Source of the DNA: an uncultured Thermoproteaceae archaeon | GTDB lineage: Archaea > Thermoproteota > Thermoprotei > Thermoproteales > Thermocladiaceae | Assembly (NCBI GenBank): GCA_964575955.1 | Contig: CAZNTG010000006.1 | Span: 320,001-384,000, forward strand | DNA length: 64,000 nucleotides | Direction: 5' to 3' | Shown: in pieces, positions 50,101-59,792 of the stretch | Numbering within the stretch: position 1 is the first letter of the stretch | Layout of the letters: each line of letters begins with the position of its first letter | Notes under the pieces: model-generated | Seen by the model: the letters and a program-made list of their open reading frames with translations, nothing else | What the model was told of the DNA's origin: nothing | Database searches by the model: none | Position numbers and translations under genes: made by a program

Positions 50101-51078
50101 GTGAAGATCATACTAGGCACACCTATAAATGGTATTCCTAAACCATGGCATCACTATACTATTGATGGAATTATGATTAATGCATTTGAGATTCTGAGTA
50201 AGAATTATCATAGAAGATTTGAGAATGCTCATGAGATTGTAAGTGCAGATATAAGTTATTCAATATGGATTGATAGTGGTGGATATCAATTCCTTAGACA
50301 TGGAATGGTTCCTAATGTTGATAAGATATGTGAAATATATACAAAGTTCGAAGATGCTCAATACTGTCTAAATCTAGATCTACCACCATCTCCAACAGAT
50401 AGTGTAGATTTAGCTAGAAAGAAGATGTATCTAAGTTTTGAAAATTTTCAAAAATTGAGAAGTAGATTGAAAGATAGAGTCATACCTGTACTACACTACT
50501 ACCATAGAGAAGATTTATGTTTTGAATTTTTAAAGAAATATCTAGACTATTCATGTGAAGTAATTGCAATTGGAGCATTAGTACCATATGTATTAATATT
50601 GAAAGGTGTTAAAGGAAGTAGTAGATTAGACGCAATGCAATTTTTAATGAAAGTTAAAGATATATTGAGAGATTATAAATGTAAGATACATGTACTAGGA
50701 TTAGGTAGTCCTGTAGTAACACCAATACTTGAAATAATTGGCATAGATTCAACAGACTCATCTACATGGAGAGTTAAGGCAGCGTACGGTAAGGTCGTGC
50801 TTCCAGGTGGTGGTGAAGTTCATGTAACTTCTAGAACTGTAAATTTTGGTAAGAGAAAAGCAACTGAGAAAGATTTAGAATATCTAAAAAACTTCCTTAT
50901 AAGAACAAACTTTCCACTAATACACAGATTTGAAAGTATTCATACAAGTTTTGAATATAGAGCATTAGTAAATGCATATGTCATAAGTAGAAGTAGAGAG
51001 AAACCAAGATCTCAAGTATTTAGAAAGATCTATGATATAATCTCTAGAAAAATAGAAACAGATATTACCAAGCTATAA
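50101..51078 (+). CDS. TGT-superfamily transglycosylase (short, no Zn site; DpdA/TGT-like)
   Basis: WIDSGGYQ, LDLPP, IPVLH, IAIGALVP, IHVLG, IDSTDSSTW. Confidence 0.8.
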   Translation: MKIILGTPINGIPKPWHHYTIDGIMINAFEILSKNYHRRFENAHEIVSADISYSIWIDSGGYQFLRHGMVPNVDKICEIYTKFEDAQYCLNLDLPPSPTDSVDLARKKMYLSFENFQKLRSRLKDRVIPVLHYYHREDLCFEFLKKYLDYSCEVIAIGALVPYVLILKGVKGSSRLDAMQFLMKVKDILRDYKCKIHVLGLGSPVVTPILEIIGIDSTDSSTWRVKAAYGKVVLPGGGEVHVTSRTVNFGKRKATEKDLEYLKNFLIRTNFPLIHRFESIHTSFEYRALVNAYVISRSREKPRSQVFRKIYDIISRKIETDITKL

Positions 51079-51091
51079 GCATACTCTAATA

Positions 51092-51427
51092 GTGAGTTTA
51101 GAAATATTGAAAAAAGAAGCATTAGAAATAGCTAAAACATTTAACAAAGGAAGATCCTGGATTAATAGAGTAGTTATTAGAGTATTGAGAAATACTATAA
51201 TTGAAGTAGTACCTGAAAAATTGTGGATTGTAAAAGGACTACCTGAACTAGGAGATAAATATACCACATATGAAGTATTTAGAAAAGACGAAAAATACTA
51301 CGCATGCACCTGTAGAATACATCTATGGGGTCATGCTAGAACTATCTGCACACATATTGGTGCAGTAATGTTATACCGAAAAATTAGGAAAGTGGAGCCG
51401 GGGCCGGGATTCGAACCCGGGAAATAA
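51092..51427 (+). CDS. SWIM zinc-finger protein
   Basis: YACTC....ICTHIGAV (CxC-xn-CxH); last 11 codons antisense to tRNA-Cys. Confidence 0.8.
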   Translation: MSLEILKKEALEIAKTFNKGRSWINRVVIRVLRNTIIEVVPEKLWIVKGLPELGDKYTTYEVFRKDEKYYACTCRIHLWGHARTICTHIGAVMLYRKIRKVEPGPGFEPGK

Positions 51428-51470
51428 CGGGTCTGCAGCCCGCCGCCTTAGGCCGCTCGGCCACCCCGGC
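51393..51470 (-). tRNA. tRNA-Cys(GCA)
   Basis: GCCGGGG acceptor, anticodon arm GCGGG-CTGCAGA-CCCGT, TTCGAAT loop, U73, encoded CCA, no intron. Confidence 0.97.
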
Positions 51471-51515
51471 TTCTAAGAGAGACGTATAGTATACGAGTTA
51501 TAAAGATTTCTCAAT

Positions 51516-52661
51516 CTACAATACGCCTAGTTGATACATTGATATAAGTAGAAGTATTGGTATAATCATTAATCCTAGACCAATACTATACATAGACTTT
51601 CCTGTCACAATTGATGTAACTATACTTCCAAGTATTGAATATATGTATAGATTAATCTTCTCTCTAAAACTAATCATAGCGTTAATGATGTAATACATGA
51701 AGGGTATGTTAGTTTGTTTTAAATTCATAATGACAATCTTACCTAGACTTACACTATGTACTATACATAGAGTATATAGTAGAAGTATATAGCCTATAGG
51801 TATGAAAATTCCATACATAAAATTATTCTTAAGTATTGATAGTATTGTTGAGATAAACATATCTATTAACCTGTTAATTCTAGCTATAAACCATGGTGCA
51901 CCAATCTTCTTACCAAGTTCAACAACTCTATTAATCTCACATTCAAGTCTAGTCATTTCGATGATTTTAACATTCATAGGATTCCACATCAATTCATGTA
52001 GAGGGTTTAAGATTCTAGTCTTAATATTTAATAGTAGTCTAAATATTTTAAATAGCTGAGGTGTATAGAATATTGAAAATGTTATTGAAAATATTAGAAT
52101 TGATATTAAGATCATCACAGGTACATCAATATGAAGTATATAGCATATCAATACACATGGTATAGATGATGAGATAGATATTGTAAGTGGCTTAGTATAC
52201 TTATAATAGTCTATATCAGGTTGATATGTATGAACTATTGGTAAGAAAGCTAGAGGAATTATAAGTGTAAGAATCTTAAGCAATATATTAGATACTAAAA
52301 ACATTACAATTATAGAGAATAGGTATATTCCTATAACCCCTGTCAATAATGCTGTATATAGATCTGTTACACTCTTCTTTAAATTTCCTAAATATTCCTC
52401 AAGCTTCATAAAGAGGTATTCGAAGTGTATTGAAGATTCAACATTTGAAATTTCATAATTTCTAGATATAGATATTAAATACTCTTCTATAGATTTTGGA
52501 GAAAGATAACCTCTCATCCTTAAACTCATCAATGCTGTTAAGAACTTTCTATCTTCCTTATCCTCGCCTGATGCTATATATCTACAAGCTTCTTCATGAC
52601 CTACTACAGGTGCAAGTAAGACGTAAATTATTAGATTTATAATTCTCCTTATCTTAACCAC
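51516..52661 (-). CDS. Polytopic membrane protein, possible type IV pilus platform (TadC/PilC-like)
   Basis: Two cytoplasmic helical regions each followed by TM bundles; divergent from pilin-like genes. Confidence 0.5.
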   Translation of the reverse strand: MVKIRRIINLIIYVLLAPVVGHEEACRYIASGEDKEDRKFLTALMSLRMRGYLSPKSIEEYLISISRNYEISNVESSIHFEYLFMKLEEYLGNLKKSVTDLYTALLTGVIGIYLFSIIVMFLVSNILLKILTLIIPLAFLPIVHTYQPDIDYYKYTKPLTISISSSIPCVLICYILHIDVPVMILISILIFSITFSIFYTPQLFKIFRLLLNIKTRILNPLHELMWNPMNVKIIEMTRLECEINRVVELGKKIGAPWFIARINRLIDMFISTILSILKNNFMYGIFIPIGYILLLYTLCIVHSVSLGKIVIMNLKQTNIPFMYYIINAMISFREKINLYIYSILGSIVTSIVTGKSMYSIGLGLMIIPILLLISMYQLGVL

Positions 52662-52752
52662 AGTTTAAAATATTTGAAAAATTATTTAAAACATGTAGCT
52701 CATATACACCCATTAAAAACGATTTATAAATTAGATAGAGAAGCATCATAAC

Positions 52753-53118
52753 ATGAATTTCAGGAGAAGTTCGAAATATTGTAGAGGTATAAGTTCTATA
52801 GTTAGTATACTCATACTAGTTCAGATGTTTCTAATATCAATATTCACAATATATCTAATATTCATAGGGTATGGTAGTATTTGTTATCAAAATCATATAG
52901 AGGGTAGTATAGTTGGCAAGATGTTTGAAGTTGAGAGATATATAAAGAACGTTAGTGGTTATTACGATATTGAAGGTAATTGTGAACTGATAATTCATGG
53001 TAAGATTCTATACATACCCCCAAATTCGTACACCATATTTAGAAATATCTTACTTATAAAATGCATAAATGGTATAGCTTACATGGCATTTCCATCAACA
53101 TCATTTATCTGGGGTTAA
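52753..53118 (+). CDS. Type IV pilin-like protein (class III signal peptide)
   Basis: Basic leader ending RG, then ISSIVSILILV hydrophobic helix. Confidence 0.65.
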   Translation: MNFRRSSKYCRGISSIVSILILVQMFLISIFTIYLIFIGYGSICYQNHIEGSIVGKMFEVERYIKNVSGYYDIEGNCELIIHGKILYIPPNSYTIFRNILLIKCINGIAYMAFPSTSFIWG

Positions 53119-53121
53119 AAC

Positions 53122-53535
53122 ATGCTTTCAGAAGCTATATCAGTCATAATTATTCTCACGGTAATTGCAGTTATAGTATCGGGAACGTATATAGTTGCTA
53201 ATCAACTTCTATCTGCTTCAAATGTAATACAGGAATCGTCAATGTTGTATGCATTAGTGTGGTTTATTGATACTCCATCTGGAAATTATCTAGTAGTTAA
53301 AAATGTTGGTTCAATACCCTTCAAAATATCGTCAATATACTGTAAGCATGGTATTATAGTTAATGAAGATAGACTAGTTAATCCTACTAATACAGTAGTG
53401 ATCTATCTAGGACTGAATGTTCCTGAGATTGTACAACTATGCTCTATTGATGGAAAGTTGTGTAAATATGTTATTGTTAGAAGAGGCCAAGTCATTCGTT
53501 TGAAGTTGAATGTTGTGAAATGTATCATATGTTAA
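53122..53535 (+). CDS. Type IV pilin-like protein
   Basis: LSEAISVIIILTVIAV N-helix; LVVKNVGSIPFKISSIY archaeal pilin beta motif. Confidence 0.65.
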   Translation: MLSEAISVIIILTVIAVIVSGTYIVANQLLSASNVIQESSMLYALVWFIDTPSGNYLVVKNVGSIPFKISSIYCKHGIIVNEDRLVNPTNTVVIYLGLNVPEIVQLCSIDGKLCKYVIVRRGQVIRLKLNVVKCIIC

Positions 53536-53544
53536 GGTGATAAT

Positions 53545-53943
53545 ATGGATTACCTAGTGTGGTGTGTTATATGTGCTATTATAGTGTTGACATTATCCAT
53601 ATTTTTGATATACCTAGTGAGTAACTATGGGTATGGTATGTATAAGATGAGTATCGTATGCTATAAATATGATAAATTTCTCATAATTATTATTAGAAGT
53701 TTTGGAATTTATAGATCGTATACTATTCCTAAAGTAGTGCTAGTTGGAGAGGGAGGTCATGTTAGATGTAGACTTGTTAAAGTAGAATTGAATAATGCTC
53801 TATCTAGCAATTCTACAATTCAAATTCATCCAGGAGATGTTGTGAGAATGTACTATGTAGGTGAGAGTTGCTCTGATGTTTATAGAGTATTTGTAGATAT
53901 TGGAGATATGAAGTATGTTGTAAATTGTATGTCATTAAGTTAA
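53545..53943 (+). CDS. Pilin-like/membrane-anchored protein
   Basis: N-terminal TM, IHPGD pilin-like motif, third in operon. Confidence 0.5.
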   Translation: MDYLVWCVICAIIVLTLSIFLIYLVSNYGYGMYKMSIVCYKYDKFLIIIIRSFGIYRSYTIPKVVLVGEGGHVRCRLVKVELNNALSSNSTIQIHPGDVVRMYYVGESCSDVYRVFVDIGDMKYVVNCMSLS

Positions 53944-53980
53944 TATCTAAAAATTCTTAGGATCTTCTCATTAGATAGTT

Positions 53981-55000
53981 GTGAAGAAGTTTTGTATATG
54001 TGTAGATGTTGGAGCTACAAGATTGAGAGTTGGTTTAGGTATGTATAATGGCGAGATTATAGATGTACTAGAGGAGAGTACTCAGAATGTTGTTTTGAAG
54101 TATAGAGATTCTAATGCAATATCTATAGAAATTTGCAATTTAGTAGATAAATTATTAACGAAGCATAACTTATCTATTGAAGATATTGAAGGTATTGGAA
54201 TAGGATCTATAGGACCTCTAGATATTAAGAGAGGTATTATAGTAAAACCTCCAAACTTGCCTATTAGTGACATTGAGTATGACATTAAGAACTACATTGA
54301 AGATAAGTATAGAGTAAGAGTAGTGGTCTTGAATGATTGTGTAACAGCAGTATGGGGAGAGAAATGGTTTGGAGTTGGGAGAGATTATAAGAATATTGTA
54401 TATGTTACATTCAGCACAGGAATTGGTGGTGGAGTAATTGTAAATGATACACTCCTACTAGGTGCTGATGGAAATGCTCATGAAGTTGGACATGTAGTAG
54501 TTGACACTAGTGAAAATGCATTAAGATGTGGTTGTGGAGGACTTGGACATTGGGAAGCGTACTGTTCAGGTGTAGGAATACCTAAGTTTGCTGAAAAATT
54601 AGCAAGAGAAGAATTAGCAAGAGAATATCAAAATAGTCCTATTAAAAAATTCAAATTTGAAAAATATGATGAATTTACAAGAGCATTCTTCAAATATCTA
54701 AATGATGGAGATGAATTTTGTTTAAAGATGTTTGAAAAAATTTGTAAATTTAATGCTATAGGTATATCAACAATAATACACTACTACAATCCTGAGATAA
54801 TAATTCTAGGTGGTAGTATAGCTTTGAACAATCCTGATAAGATACTACAATTCAGGAAATATCTAACTCAATACCTAATGAGGGGAATCAGAATTCCTGA
54901 AATAAGAATTACATCACTTGGAGACTATGCGATACTTAAAGGAGCAATTGCATTAGTGTTCAATACACCACTAACCTATACTCAATTTGTCACAAAGTAA
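53981..55000 (+). CDS. ROK-family glucokinase/hexokinase
   Basis: VDVGAT, LND, STGIGGG, HEVGH, CGCGGLGHWEAY. Confidence 0.93.
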   Translation: MKKFCICVDVGATRLRVGLGMYNGEIIDVLEESTQNVVLKYRDSNAISIEICNLVDKLLTKHNLSIEDIEGIGIGSIGPLDIKRGIIVKPPNLPISDIEYDIKNYIEDKYRVRVVVLNDCVTAVWGEKWFGVGRDYKNIVYVTFSTGIGGGVIVNDTLLLGADGNAHEVGHVVVDTSENALRCGCGGLGHWEAYCSGVGIPKFAEKLAREELAREYQNSPIKKFKFEKYDEFTRAFFKYLNDGDEFCLKMFEKICKFNAIGISTIIHYYNPEIIILGGSIALNNPDKILQFRKYLTQYLMRGIRIPEIRITSLGDYAILKGAIALVFNTPLTYTQFVTK

Positions 55001-55441
55001 TCTTTCTACAAGTTGTCTCAATGATAAACCTTTCTTAACTACTTCAGGATGAAGCGTTACATATCTACTATCAATATGTCCATCATTATCTTTTACAAGT
55101 TCTTTAACATCTATAAAACGCCACTGAGAACCACTATATTTAACTGCAACATATGCATAACCACCAGCTCTTCTTGAAAAATCTAGCAGTTTTAGTAATC
55201 TATCAACACTTATGCTTATGCTCTCCTCTTTAGATCTATACTTAACTTCCAGTACTAGTATCTTTCCATTCTTCATAGCTACTATATCAGGTGCAAATCT
55301 CTTTCTAACACCACCACCTGAAGATCCAGAACGGACAACAGCAAAGCCTAAACTCCATAGTTTATTTGCAAGCTCTCTTTCAACTTTAACACCTTTAATT
55401 TTAGACTTCACTACATATCTATTAGCTAAGTCTAATATCAA
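54971..55441 (-). CDS. hjc: Holliday junction resolvase Hjc
   Basis: KG..ERELA..GFAVVRS.SSG..PDIVA..LEVK. Confidence 0.92.
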   Translation of the reverse strand: MILDLANRYVVKSKIKGVKVERELANKLWSLGFAVVRSGSSGGGVRKRFAPDIVAMKNGKILVLEVKYRSKEESISISVDRLLKLLDFSRRAGGYAYVAVKYSGSQWRFIDVKELVKDNDGHIDSRYVTLHPEVVKKGLSLRQLVERLLCDKLSIG

Positions 55442-55487
55442 GATTATTAGTAACGCGGCTTCTATACACCTCTGTGAAAATATATAT

Positions 55488-56207
55488 CTACTCTATATTA
55501 ACCTCAACCTTAACATCTCCCTGTAGATATAGCTGTGTTAGGATATTATATATTTGTGAAGTATTAGTTTTATCTAAAATATCTTGAAGTACTAATATGT
55601 CTTTAATAGAGTTATAGATGTATATAGATGATGATAGTAGTATTAGATCTTTAACTTTCTCATATATTTTGATATCAATTTTCGATAATATGCTACCAAG
55701 TACTATGTGTCTATTTCTCAATATTCTATTTAGACAATCTCTAATATATGTTACATTTCTGTCAATTATGTTGATATTAACTCTCTTTCCATATTTGGGA
55801 GGTTTGTAATTTATTATTATTGAGTCTATAGTAGGCAAGTTTATTAAACTTATAGATTCTATACTTCTAAATATGTCAATTATTGGTATAATCTCGTGAA
55901 TGTATGTTAGTGAGTTTATATATTCTTTAATAGCTCGAGATATGTTAGATTTATCTATGTGTAGTAGTATTTTGAAACTATTAATCTCTGTTAATTTTCT
56001 TACAAGGTCTGTGTTGAGTATATTATTAAGTCTTAGATAAATTCCATCAATATCTAACATCTTCATCATCTTTACTATATTCGATAATTCTTTCTTAGAA
56101 TCTATTTTTAGATATATTTTTACACCTCTTATCTTTCCTATATTCAGTATTGGTAGTTTGTCTATGTCAAGTATTAGGTTTAGTTTTATTGGTTGATAAA
56201 GCATCAC
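55488..56207 (-). CDS. Hypothetical protein
   Basis: 239-aa ORF between tbp and hjc, co-oriented. Confidence 0.55.
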   Translation of the reverse strand: MMLYQPIKLNLILDIDKLPILNIGKIRGVKIYLKIDSKKELSNIVKMMKMLDIDGIYLRLNNILNTDLVRKLTEINSFKILLHIDKSNISRAIKEYINSLTYIHEIIPIIDIFRSIESISLINLPTIDSIIINYKPPKYGKRVNINIIDRNVTYIRDCLNRILRNRHIVLGSILSKIDIKIYEKVKDLILLSSSIYIYNSIKDILVLQDILDKTNTSQIYNILTQLYLQGDVKVEVNIE

Positions 56208-56239
56208 TATGTGTCACTGTTACCTATACATCATTATAT

Positions 56240-56854
56240 CTATTCTTCAATTTCTTCAACTTCCTCTAATTCTTCAACTTCTTCAGTCCTCTCTTCACGA
56301 GATTCTTCATAGAGTGCTCCAATCTCCTTGAGTATGTTGTATATCTTGTTTATTGCTTCCTGTACTTGAGATTCTTTTTTCGCTCCTGTACACACTATCT
56401 TACCTGAGCTGAATATTAGTAGTACAACTTTTGGATTATCCATTCTATATATGAGACCAGGAAACTGCTCAGGTTCGTACATTGCGTTTTCGAGGAGTAG
56501 TGCTGCTTTTTCAATATCTACATCTGCTTTTAAATTTCCTGATGCAACAATGTTCTGTATCTGTATTTCTGGTGGTTTAGTAATTTTTACACCATGATCT
56601 CCAAGAATCTTCACTATATGCTTAACAGCCTTCTTCAACTCTTCTTCACTTTTAGCACCAGTACATACCATCTTTCCAGTTCTAAATATAAGAGCAGAGA
56701 CTTTAGGTCTCTGAAGTCTAAGTATGAGACCTGGAAATTGATCTGGATTATATTCAGCTGCTGGAAGTTTCTCAGCAAGTTTCTCTAGATCTAGCTCTAC
56801 ACCAAGGTTGACTGTTGCTACCACATTTTCAATTCTGTAAGTTGGTTTAGCCAT
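56240..56854 (-). CDS. tbp: TATA-box binding protein
   Basis: Two repeats: [16 protein letters not shown] and [16 protein letters not shown]; acidic tail. Confidence 0.98.
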   Translation of the reverse strand: MAKPTYRIENVVATVNLGVELDLEKLAEKLPAAEYNPDQFPGLILRLQRPKVSALIFRTGKMVCTGAKSEEELKKAVKHIVKILGDHGVKITKPPEIQIQNIVASGNLKADVDIEKAALLLENAMYEPEQFPGLIYRMDNPKVVLLIFSSGKIVCTGAKKESQVQEAINKIYNILKEIGALYEESREERTEEVEELEEVEEIEE

Positions 56855-56986
56855 GAGTAGCTCTATGTTAAGACTTTTAAACCTTTAAAAAGCCTTACTC
56901 ATAAAGATTTCCCCAAATATTCGACACTTTCTAACCATAAACTAACTCTTAAATATCTTCAGAAAACTAGAACATTTTGAAGAGGT

Positions 56987-57325
56987 ATGGGAGGTAAGAA
57001 GAAGCCAACATTATCACAGCTTGTTAAGAGAATGGAGAAAGAGAAAGAACAACAGAAGAAGCAGGCAGTAGAGGAGAAGAAACAGACTAAAGTTCTCGTA
57101 GTAGATTCAAAGCTGCTTGAAGAAATTAAGAGAGATGTCATGAAGATGGACTGTGTAACACCATACGTGATAGCTAGTAAGTATGGTCTTAAGATGAGTA
57201 CTGCAATGAACATTCTGAGAAGTCTAAAAGATCAAGGAATACTATACCTAGTATCTAAAGGTCATAGAACAGAAATATACGTACCAGTAAATAGAGCTAA
57301 GGACCTAGGACTTCTAAAAGTTTAA
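56987..57325 (+). CDS. rps25e: 30S ribosomal protein S25e
   Basis: MGGKKKPTLSQL..VTPYVIASKYGLKMSTA..HRTEIY. Confidence 0.92.
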   Translation: MGGKKKPTLSQLVKRMEKEKEQQKKQAVEEKKQTKVLVVDSKLLEEIKRDVMKMDCVTPYVIASKYGLKMSTAMNILRSLKDQGILYLVSKGHRTEIYVPVNRAKDLGLLKV

Positions 57326-58166
57326 CACGTGTTGGACTTATAGCTAGATCTCTCTTAATTAGATTAACAATACCAGGTTCAACAATTTCGATAATTCCCA
57401 CTCTCTTCAAAACTTTCAACACTTTACCAACAATTTCAAATAACTCCTCTTCAGGAATATTTAACTTGTGGGCCAACATCTTAGATATGTCTAATCTAAG
57501 TCTAATCTCTCCAACACTCCAATACTTTGATAGATATGTCATAATCATGTTAAATATATCATCTATATGTGGAATATTTTGAAATTCTGATACTACAACT
57601 TTCCTAATCTTATCAATAGAATCTTCAATAGATCTATCTTCACCTTGTCTTAATCCACTCTCTAACTCTCTACTTCCTGTTCCTGTCTCTTCCCTCAATT
57701 TCTGGTCTGTTGTAGATTTCTCAATATCTCTCTTCTCAACTTGTTCAACTTTCTTCTCAGAAATCTCTACTTTTGCTTCAACCTTCTTCTCTTCAACCTT
57801 ATGCTCAGTTTTGTGTATATCGACTTTCTCTTCCTTCTTTTTCTCCCTCTTTTCAACTCCTAATATTGAGTCTAGGATTGTCTTCTTAACTTGACGTTTA
57901 GTAACTACTTTATGAGTTGTGTATGCTGATTCTACTAGTGTTGGAATTTCTATTAGATATTCTTTACCGTTAATACTAATTTTTGTTATAGTCTTCTTGT
58001 CTATAATCTTTATCTTCTTCTCTTTCTCAAGCTCTCTTATTAATAATCCTAAGAGTATTATTCCTATTGAATTCTCTCTAGCCCATTTGATAAGTCTTGA
58101 GTAATCTACTCTACCATTTCTAACTATAAAAGTGTATAAATTTTCTTTTAATGCTAACAAGCTCAT
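57297..58166 (-). CDS. Hypothetical protein: N-domain, K/E-rich linker, C-terminal winged helix
   Basis: Charged low-complexity middle; YLSKYWSVGEIRL..VLKVLKRVGIIEIVEPGIVNL. Confidence 0.6.
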   Translation of the reverse strand: MSLLALKENLYTFIVRNGRVDYSRLIKWARENSIGIILLGLLIRELEKEKKIKIIDKKTITKISINGKEYLIEIPTLVESAYTTHKVVTKRQVKKTILDSILGVEKREKKKEEKVDIHKTEHKVEEKKVEAKVEISEKKVEQVEKRDIEKSTTDQKLREETGTGSRELESGLRQGEDRSIEDSIDKIRKVVVSEFQNIPHIDDIFNMIMTYLSKYWSVGEIRLRLDISKMLAHKLNIPEEELFEIVGKVLKVLKRVGIIEIVEPGIVNLIKRDLAISPTRVKLLEVLGP

Positions 58167-58231
58167 TATCTCTAACCCTCAGAGTTATCTAGGTAACATA
58201 CCTTAAATATACTTTCCACAATTAAAGCATA

Positions 58232-59038
58232 GTGTCACTCTCAAGCATATATTTAGCAATATCTAGTGAGAGAAGACTTGGCATATTAGCAGCTTTAAGA
58301 CAATCACGATGTTTATCATTTGAAGAGTTATCTAGACAGTTAAATCTAGATATAGCAACACTACTCTATGAGGTAAATTTACTACAACATGGTGGTCTAG
58401 TATCAACATGTGAAGGTTCTGTCTGTCTAACTGATAGAGGTCAATATGTAATTTCTAAAATAATTTCTCTAGATCAAGATCTACTATCTAGAATATCTTC
58501 AAGAAATTCAATTTTAAGAAGATTTTTCAATTTTATAACATTTAAAACACTTGCAGTATATATTGCAGCATCAGGTTCATTAAGCATACTACCACTCATA
58601 CTTCTATCATTTCTAGGACTGTCACTATTCTATAAGTTTAAGATAAATTTAATACTTTTAGTACCTCTAGAATTTCACACGTTCAATATAATGACAGTTA
58701 TATCAAGTCCTATAATACTCTTCATATATTTCACATTACTCTCATGGATTATATCTAGAAAAGTCTTGATAATTCAATCATTAGAGGCAACACTATTTAC
58801 AATATGTATAATATCTCTAAATACATTAGTATACTATATACTCATAGTGATTATTGGTATAAATACTATAACATTAATGTTACTTGAAGCTATGAAGTTG
58901 ATAATAGCAACTATAGCTATAATATCAACTTCAACATTAATATCATACTATATTGGTAGGACATACGAATCTATATTTTTGATAGAATCTTTAACATTAT
59001 TAATACCATGCTTAATACTATACGCATTATCGAGATAG
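58232..59038 (+). CDS. Membrane-bound wHTH (ArsR-like) regulator
   Basis: RRLGILAAL..LSFEELSRQL..GLV..LTDRG, then about 5 TM helices. Confidence 0.7.
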   Translation: MSLSSIYLAISSERRLGILAALRQSRCLSFEELSRQLNLDIATLLYEVNLLQHGGLVSTCEGSVCLTDRGQYVISKIISLDQDLLSRISSRNSILRRFFNFITFKTLAVYIAASGSLSILPLILLSFLGLSLFYKFKINLILLVPLEFHTFNIMTVISSPIILFIYFTLLSWIISRKVLIIQSLEATLFTICIISLNTLVYYILIVIIGINTITLMLLEAMKLIIATIAIISTSTLISYYIGRTYESIFLIESLTLLIPCLILYALSR

Positions 59039-59655
59039 AGAATGTGTATAAACCGAGAGAAGATACATACATAACATTAAGAGGAATAGATGTAGCATTA
59101 AGTCTAGAAGTTCTCAAAAATTTAAAAGACAAACTATTGAAAATATGTGATGTCGGTTCAGGAACAGGAATATTAGGACTCTACATAACTAGTAAACTTA
59201 TACAGAATAATATTAGAAATATAGATATTATTAGTGTCGATATAGATTTTAAAGCCTGTATATGTACTTTAACAAATTTTAAATTAAACAATCTAGATGT
59301 TTATGTAGATGTTATATGTTGTGACCTGTTAGAATGTATTAAAGATACTTGCAAATTGCATATATTGATATCAAACCCTCCATACCTACCTGAAGATGAG
59401 TACTGTGACCACACAATATGTGCAGGACCTGATGGTAGAGGTGTTATTGATAGAATACTAATGGAGTGTTTTAATAGAAAAGTCAGGATGTTAATATTAA
59501 CACAATCATCACTATCAGATATAGGTAAGACTATACGTATATTAAAAAGTTTTAAATCTGATATACTAATTGTAGGACTGATACACATACTATTCGAAGA
59601 TATTATAACTATCTTAGCAATAAACTACATAGAGAAAGACTTAAAAAATCCATAG
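59008..59655 (+). CDS. HemK/PrmC-like methyltransferase (probable aRF1 Gln methylase)
   Basis: VYKPREDT, DVGSGTG, SNPPYLP, AGPDGR, QSSL. Confidence 0.85.
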   Translation: MLNTIRIIEIENVYKPREDTYITLRGIDVALSLEVLKNLKDKLLKICDVGSGTGILGLYITSKLIQNNIRNIDIISVDIDFKACICTLTNFKLNNLDVYVDVICCDLLECIKDTCKLHILISNPPYLPEDEYCDHTICAGPDGRGVIDRILMECFNRKVRMLILTQSSLSDIGKTIRILKSFKSDILIVGLIHILFEDIITILAINYIEKDLKNP

Positions 59656-59677
59656 TCTAGGCAATTATTAAGAGAAA

Positions 59678-59755
59678 GGGCCCGTAGCTCAGCCAGGTCA
59701 GAGCGCCCGGCTCATAACCGGGTGGTCCCGGGTTCAAATCCCGGCGGGCCCACCA
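59678..59755 (+). tRNA. tRNA with CAU anticodon, most likely tRNA-Ile2 (agmatidine-modified)
   Basis: GGGCCCG acceptor, CCCGG-CTCATAA-CCGGG, TTCAAAT, ACCA; lacks A1-U72 of initiator; acceptor is Ile-type. Confidence 0.93.
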
Positions 59756-59792
59756 AATTCTAACTCCTTCTTCATTCAATAATTCATGACTA

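Noticed and set aside
49004-51470. Integrated element at tRNA-Cys
   Set aside because: No integrase, no visible att duplication, composition like the flanks
56185-56236. Degenerate C/D-like boxes downstream of tbp (minus strand)
   Set aside because: All four boxes mismatched and guides AT-rich
51393-59755. tRNA introns or split tRNAs (common in Thermoproteales)
   Set aside because: Both tRNAs fold as uninterrupted cloverleaves with encoded CCA
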